DNA of 64,000 bases from Candidatus Heimdallarchaeota archaeon (GTDB taxonomy: Archaea > Asgardarchaeota > Heimdallarchaeia > Heimdallarchaeales > Heimdallarchaeaceae), in assembly GCA_030603365.1 (NCBI GenBank), contig JAUVXV010000010.1:32001-96000 (forward strand). The letters are read 5' to 3'. A program made the position numbers and the translations under genes. Of this stretch, positions 59,985 to 64,000 are shown piece after piece. The first letter of the stretch is position 1; the number at the start of each line of letters is the position of its first letter. Under the pieces are notes generated by a model. The model was not told the DNA's origin. It searched no databases and saw nothing but the letters and a program-made list of their open reading frames with translations.

Positions 59985-61676
59985 TTAGTTTAACCCTATT
60001 ATATTCCCATCTTCAGTGTAGTCCATTCTGTTTGCTGCTGGAACTGGAGGGAGTCCAGGCAGTAAGAACATGCTACCACAAATGGGAACGATAAAACGAG
60101 CACCAGTGTATAGACGAACTTCATCTACATTGAGAGTCCAACCTTTTGGAGCACCCATCAAACCAATCTTGTCAGATAGACTTAGTTGGGTTTTAGCCAT
60201 ACACATTGGAAAATCAGCGAAACCAAGTTTTTCGATGTAAGCTATATCTTGGAGAGCTTGTGGTGAGTATTCAACATCATCAGCACCGTAGATTTTGGTG
60301 GCGATTTTCTCGATTTTAACTTTAATAGGATCAGAAAATTCGTAAGCAAATTTAACGTCACCAGTTCCTTTTTCGATAGCTTCTAAAACAGCTTCGGCAA
60401 GTTCTATACCACCTTCGCCACCTTTCATGAAAACTTCACTTTCAGCAGCAGTAACACCGAATTCAGAGCACTTGTCTTTAATCCATTTAATCTCTTCATC
60501 AGAATCAAAGGGGAAGCGGTTAATAGCAACAACAGGGGGTATATTAAAGACATTAAGCATGTTATCAAGATGTTTTTCAACATTCTCGAAACCTTTAGCT
60601 AATTCATCCATATGAATATTTTTAGCTTCATCTAAATCTTTGATACCACCGTGGAGTTTGAGGGCACGAGCAGTAACAACAAGAACTACTGCGTTTGGTA
60701 AGGTATCATATTGACGAGCAACAATATCGACAAATTTTTCGAAACCAAGGTCAGCTGCAAAACCACCTTCAGTGATGGTATAATCTGCAAGCTTGAGGGC
60801 AAGCTTTGTAGCAACGATAGAAGAGTTTCCGTGCGCCACGTTAGCAAATGGGCCTGCGTGTATGAACCCTGGTACTCCTTCAAAGTTTTGTACTAGGTTT
60901 GGTTTTATTGCATCTTTCAGTATTAGTGTCATTGCTCCTACTGCTTCAATATCCCTAGCGAAGACTGGCTTATCATCATAAGTGTATCCTAATAGAATAC
61001 TTCCTAATCTTTCTTTCAGTTCTCCCACATCAGCTGATAGAGCTAAAATAGCCATAATTTCTGAAGCTGCTGTAATAACAAAGCCTGTGTTTCGGACATC
61101 ACCACCCATTCTTCTTCCACCAAGTCCAGTAATGATATTTCTTAATGCTCTATCATTCATATCTATTGCTCTTGGCCAAGTTACTTTGGTTGGATCAATG
61201 TTACACTTATTTCCTTTTGTTAAGTGATTGTCAAGCAAAGCTGCTAGTAAATTATGAGCTGAAGTAATAGCATGTAAATCTCCTGTAAAGTGCAGATTTA
61301 TGTCCCACATTGGAAAAACTTGCGAAAGATGACCTCCTGTTGCTCCTCCTTTTATTCCGAAAGTTGGACCCATACTTGGTTCTCTTAAGGCAAACATAAC
61401 TTTCTTGCCTAATCTGTTAAACGCTTGAGAAAGACCTATTGTTGTAACAGTTTTACCTTCACCTGCTCTTGAAGCAGTCATAGCTGTTACAGCGATGAGT
61501 TTTCCATTAGGTTTATCGGATTTTAATATCTTTAGCATTGTTTGATAATTTATTTTTGCTACATATTTTCCGAATTGCTCGAGGTCATCTTCTTCCAGAC
61601 CTACTTTTGCAGCAATTTCCCTAATATTTTTCATATCTTTTTGCTTTTCTTGAGCAATTTCTATGTCAGTTTTCAT
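59985..61676 (-). CDS. fhs: formate--tetrahydrofolate ligase
   Basis: MKTDIEIAQ start, GEGKT, REPSMGP.FGIKGGA, HAGPFANVAHG, MAKTQ. Confidence 0.96.
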   Translation of the reverse strand: MKTDIEIAQEKQKDMKNIREIAAKVGLEEDDLEQFGKYVAKINYQTMLKILKSDKPNGKLIAVTAMTASRAGEGKTVTTIGLSQAFNRLGKKVMFALREPSMGPTFGIKGGATGGHLSQVFPMWDINLHFTGDLHAITSAHNLLAALLDNHLTKGNKCNIDPTKVTWPRAIDMNDRALRNIITGLGGRRMGGDVRNTGFVITAASEIMAILALSADVGELKERLGSILLGYTYDDKPVFARDIEAVGAMTLILKDAIKPNLVQNFEGVPGFIHAGPFANVAHGNSSIVATKLALKLADYTITEGGFAADLGFEKFVDIVARQYDTLPNAVVLVVTARALKLHGGIKDLDEAKNIHMDELAKGFENVEKHLDNMLNVFNIPPVVAINRFPFDSDEEIKWIKDKCSEFGVTAAESEVFMKGGEGGIELAEAVLEAIEKGTGDVKFAYEFSDPIKVKIEKIATKIYGADDVEYSPQALQDIAYIEKLGFADFPMCMAKTQLSLSDKIGLMGAPKGWTLNVDEVRLYTGARFIVPICGSMFLLPGLPPVPAANRMDYTEDGNIIGLN

Positions 61677-61877
61677 AGTAATCATCATCATATCGAGTGT
61701 TAATTGTTTTTTTTCCGAGTTTTGCTTAAAAAGTATTTGCATAGTTATAGAAAACCAAGGTGCCGACGGATTCACTGATGGAGATGCACAGAGTGTCAAT
61801 TCATTGTTTGTCAAATAGATATGTTCTAAAATACCCGTGTTCATTGAGCCATAGAACATTATTAGTGATTATTTCAA

Positions 61878-62861
61878 ATGCAATGTGAACATCCCCAGTG
61901 CAATACTGAAGCAGATATTTTATTCTACTGTCGATTCTGTAGAGGGTCCTTTTGTCAGAATCATAGAGATGCTCATACTCATAACTGCCCCTCGCTCAGT
62001 CAACCAAGTCAGTCAACACAAGGGGCCCAACCAGGTGCACCTCAGGGTCAAGTTAGAGCAGCGGAAGTTATGCGAAAAATAGCTTATGGTGTTGCTCAAG
62101 CTGCTCAACAAGCTGCTCAACAACAAGCTCAGGCTCAGCAACCTATGCACTTTCCCGATGAGAAGAGTAAGAAGGACTTTATTGCAAAAAGACTTACTTC
62201 TTCAGGTGAGCTATTTTCTTTAGGAAATGAGGTATTAGACATACTTTTTGGTTTTACATTAATAGTTCTTGTTTTTGGTTTTTTCCAATATATCAGAGCT
62301 ACAGAGAATAGATGGTGGGGTTTTGCTATTGCTGCAATATTAGTAGGTACCGCTTTCTTACCTCACGAATTAGCTCATAAATTTGTAGCCATCAGAAAAG
62401 GACAGTTTGCTCGATATATTCTATGGGTTAAAGGAATGTTGTTTACAATGCTCACGTTAGTTTTAGGAATTGGACTAATTGTCCCAGGTTTTGTAGCAAT
62501 AGTTCCTATGAGTCGTCAAATGAACAAAAAAGACATAGGCTTGGTTTCATTTGCGGGACCAGCAATAAATGCAGTAATAGGATTTGTTAGTCTAATTATC
62601 GGTTTCTTAACTTATAGTGGCTATGCTGTTGGATTCGCAGGTCCTCTAGCTCTTTATGGTCTTTTTGGTGTTCCTAACATTTTCATCCTTGTTGCGCAGT
62701 TTAATGGTATTATTGCTTTATTCAACTGTATACCTGTTTGGCAATTAGATGGTAAGAAAATCCTTAGTTGGAATAAAATGGCTTATTTTATACTTGTAGC
62801 AATCAATCTTGCAATTGTTATTCCTACATTTATCCTAAATCCAGGTTTCCTATCAGGGTAA
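61878..62861 (+). CDS. AN1-type zinc finger fused to M50 (site-2) intramembrane protease
   Basis: C..C...CRFC...FC..HR...H.C; Q/A-rich linker; HELAH, AGP..N, FNCIP...LDG. Confidence 0.85.
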   Translation: MQCEHPQCNTEADILFYCRFCRGSFCQNHRDAHTHNCPSLSQPSQSTQGAQPGAPQGQVRAAEVMRKIAYGVAQAAQQAAQQQAQAQQPMHFPDEKSKKDFIAKRLTSSGELFSLGNEVLDILFGFTLIVLVFGFFQYIRATENRWWGFAIAAILVGTAFLPHELAHKFVAIRKGQFARYILWVKGMLFTMLTLVLGIGLIVPGFVAIVPMSRQMNKKDIGLVSFAGPAINAVIGFVSLIIGFLTYSGYAVGFAGPLALYGLFGVPNIFILVAQFNGIIALFNCIPVWQLDGKKILSWNKMAYFILVAINLAIVIPTFILNPGFLSG

Positions 62862-62926
62862 GTGGATAAAATCATTTTCTTTCTTCTTTTATTTTCTATC
62901 ACAAAAGATAATTATGAGTAATTTAT

Positions 62927-63000
62927 ATGTGATTAGAGGATGAACAAGGCATTGCAGAGAGCTTTCGCTCTATGATGAATCATAGTTAGGCTGATAACAT
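62927..63000 (+). ncRNA. box C/D guide sRNA (predicted 23S rRNA H69-H71 targets)
   Basis: Box C AGGATGA (62937), D' CAGA, GAGC-TTTC-GCTC hairpin, C' ATGATGA, D CTGA (62991); guides ACAAGGCATTG and ATCATAGTTAGG. Confidence 0.8.
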
Positions 63001-63998
63001 TAAATTTTGTCTAAAATCTTATGCCTTTCTTTTTTTAATTCTTCTAAATTACTTATGTTAAGCATTGCCAATACTGCCTTCATTTCAAGGATGTATGTTG
63101 ATAGGAATTTTCTACAATCATCTATTCCTCCCTTTCCAATGGATCTCAGAATTGGTAGAGCTAAACCAACATAATCTGCTCCTAGAAGTAAAGCTTTTAC
63201 TGCGTCAAATCCACACCACACTCCTCCTGAAGCTATAAGCTTTACGCTTTTATTCTCAGCTAATTCAACTGCATTCAACAGACTGTTTTTCGTAGATATT
63301 CCCCAATTAAGAAACTTATCAGAAAGATATTTTACTTCCTTATTACGATAATATTCTATCCGGGACCAATTAGTCCCCCCTGCTCCTGCAACATCTAGAG
63401 CATAGATTTTCAATTGGGTTAAGGTTTTTGCATCTTCTTTTGTTAACCCCGTTCCTACACCTTTAATGATAATAGGAGAATCCAATTCTTGTTTAAGATC
63501 CACAATTTTCTTTAGAGCTTTTGATTGATTTTTGTCTCCTTCACCTTGAACAAACTCTTGAAGAGGATTGATGTGGATAGCTAAAGCATCAGCTCCAATC
63601 ATAGTAATAGCTTTTTGTGCTTGTACATGATCATATCCTTGAATAAACTGAGCTATTCCTAGATTTGCAATGAGTGGGATATTTGGTGCGATATGCCTAA
63701 CCTTGTAAGTATCGACAAGCTTTGGTTCTTCAATTGCAGCTCTTTGAGATCCAACACCCATACCTATATTGAATTCACTACAAATTCGTGCAACAGATTC
63801 ATTGAAAACCCTACCATTTTCACTTCCTCCAGTCATACCTGAGACTATGATAGGGTAGTTTACTTCCTTAGATAGGAATGTAGTAGATAAATCGACTTCT
63901 TCTGAGGAGAATTGTGTTAGTAAAGTAGGCTCAATAATTATATCATCAAAACCATTTGTTATTCCACTGTATTGAACATCTGATTCTAAACAAAGTAG
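63000..63998 (-). CDS. fni: type 2 isopentenyl-diphosphate delta-isomerase (5'-truncated by window)
   Basis: SGMTGG, GVGSQRAA, HINPLQE, GAGGTNW, ASGG. Confidence 0.93.
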   Translation of the reverse strand, partial: LLCLESDVQYSGITNGFDDIIIEPTLLTQFSSEEVDLSTTFLSKEVNYPIIVSGMTGGSENGRVFNESVARICSEFNIGMGVGSQRAAIEEPKLVDTYKVRHIAPNIPLIANLGIAQFIQGYDHVQAQKAITMIGADALAIHINPLQEFVQGEGDKNQSKALKKIVDLKQELDSPIIIKGVGTGLTKEDAKTLTQLKIYALDVAGAGGTNWSRIEYYRNKEVKYLSDKFLNWGISTKNSLLNAVELAENKSVKLIASGGVWCGFDAVKALLLGADYVGLALPILRSIGKGGIDDCRKFLSTYILEMKAVLAMLNISNLEELKKERHKILDKI

Positions 63999-64000
63999 AA

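Noticed and set aside
61677-61859. 61-aa N-terminal extension of Fhs given by the ORF track
   Set aside because: Fhs proteins begin around MKTDIEIAQ (ATG 61676). The extension would cover the divergent promoter region.
61755-61860. Possible H/ACA RNA or riboswitch upstream of fhs (GTGC...GCAC; ATGTTCTA...TAGAACAT)
   Set aside because: Only short stems, with no convincing K-turn/ACA or known aptamer consensus.
2946-62082. Numerous short antisense/overlapping ORFs in the track (e.g. 4303-4680, 17034-17420, 39587-39901, 44377-44670, 56600-57016)
   Set aside because: They are shadows of well-supported genes on the opposite strand or another frame, with no motifs.
1-64000. CRISPR array, tRNA/rRNA gene, integrase or transposase
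   Set aside because: By eye I found no regularly spaced repeats, cloverleaf or rRNA-like GC-rich tracts, or recombinase/DDE motifs.

Overview
AT-rich archaeal DNA. The gene content points to an Asgard archaeon, most likely Heimdallarchaeia-like: TBP, thermosome, RadA, XPB-Bax1, eS25, an Arf/Rag-like GTPase, a membrane RING protein, a longin-like/V4R fusion and several NosD-type surface proteins. Bases ~1.3-12.2 kb form an accessory, defence-like island with three HEPN-motif proteins, three PD-(D/E)XK-type nucleases, a TM-HerA/DUF87 ATPase and small WxPK proteins. The rest is mostly housekeeping. The most striking pattern is repeated 'gene-tail replacement'. Three core genes (fumarate hydratase beta, fumarate hydratase alpha, fhs) are each followed by foreign-looking cargo and then by an orphan, synonymously diverged copy of their own 3' end. 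At fhs this happened twice in tandem. No integrase, tRNA or IS is present. The orphan fumB tail still overlaps the fumA start (TGATG), which indicates it is the original end that was displaced. Also found are a well-formed dual-guide box C/D sRNA complementary to 23S rRNA H69-H71, a second C/D-like structured RNA, and a three-member micro-protein family, two members of which end in PIP boxes. All protein calls come from motif recognition by eye; no database searches were run.
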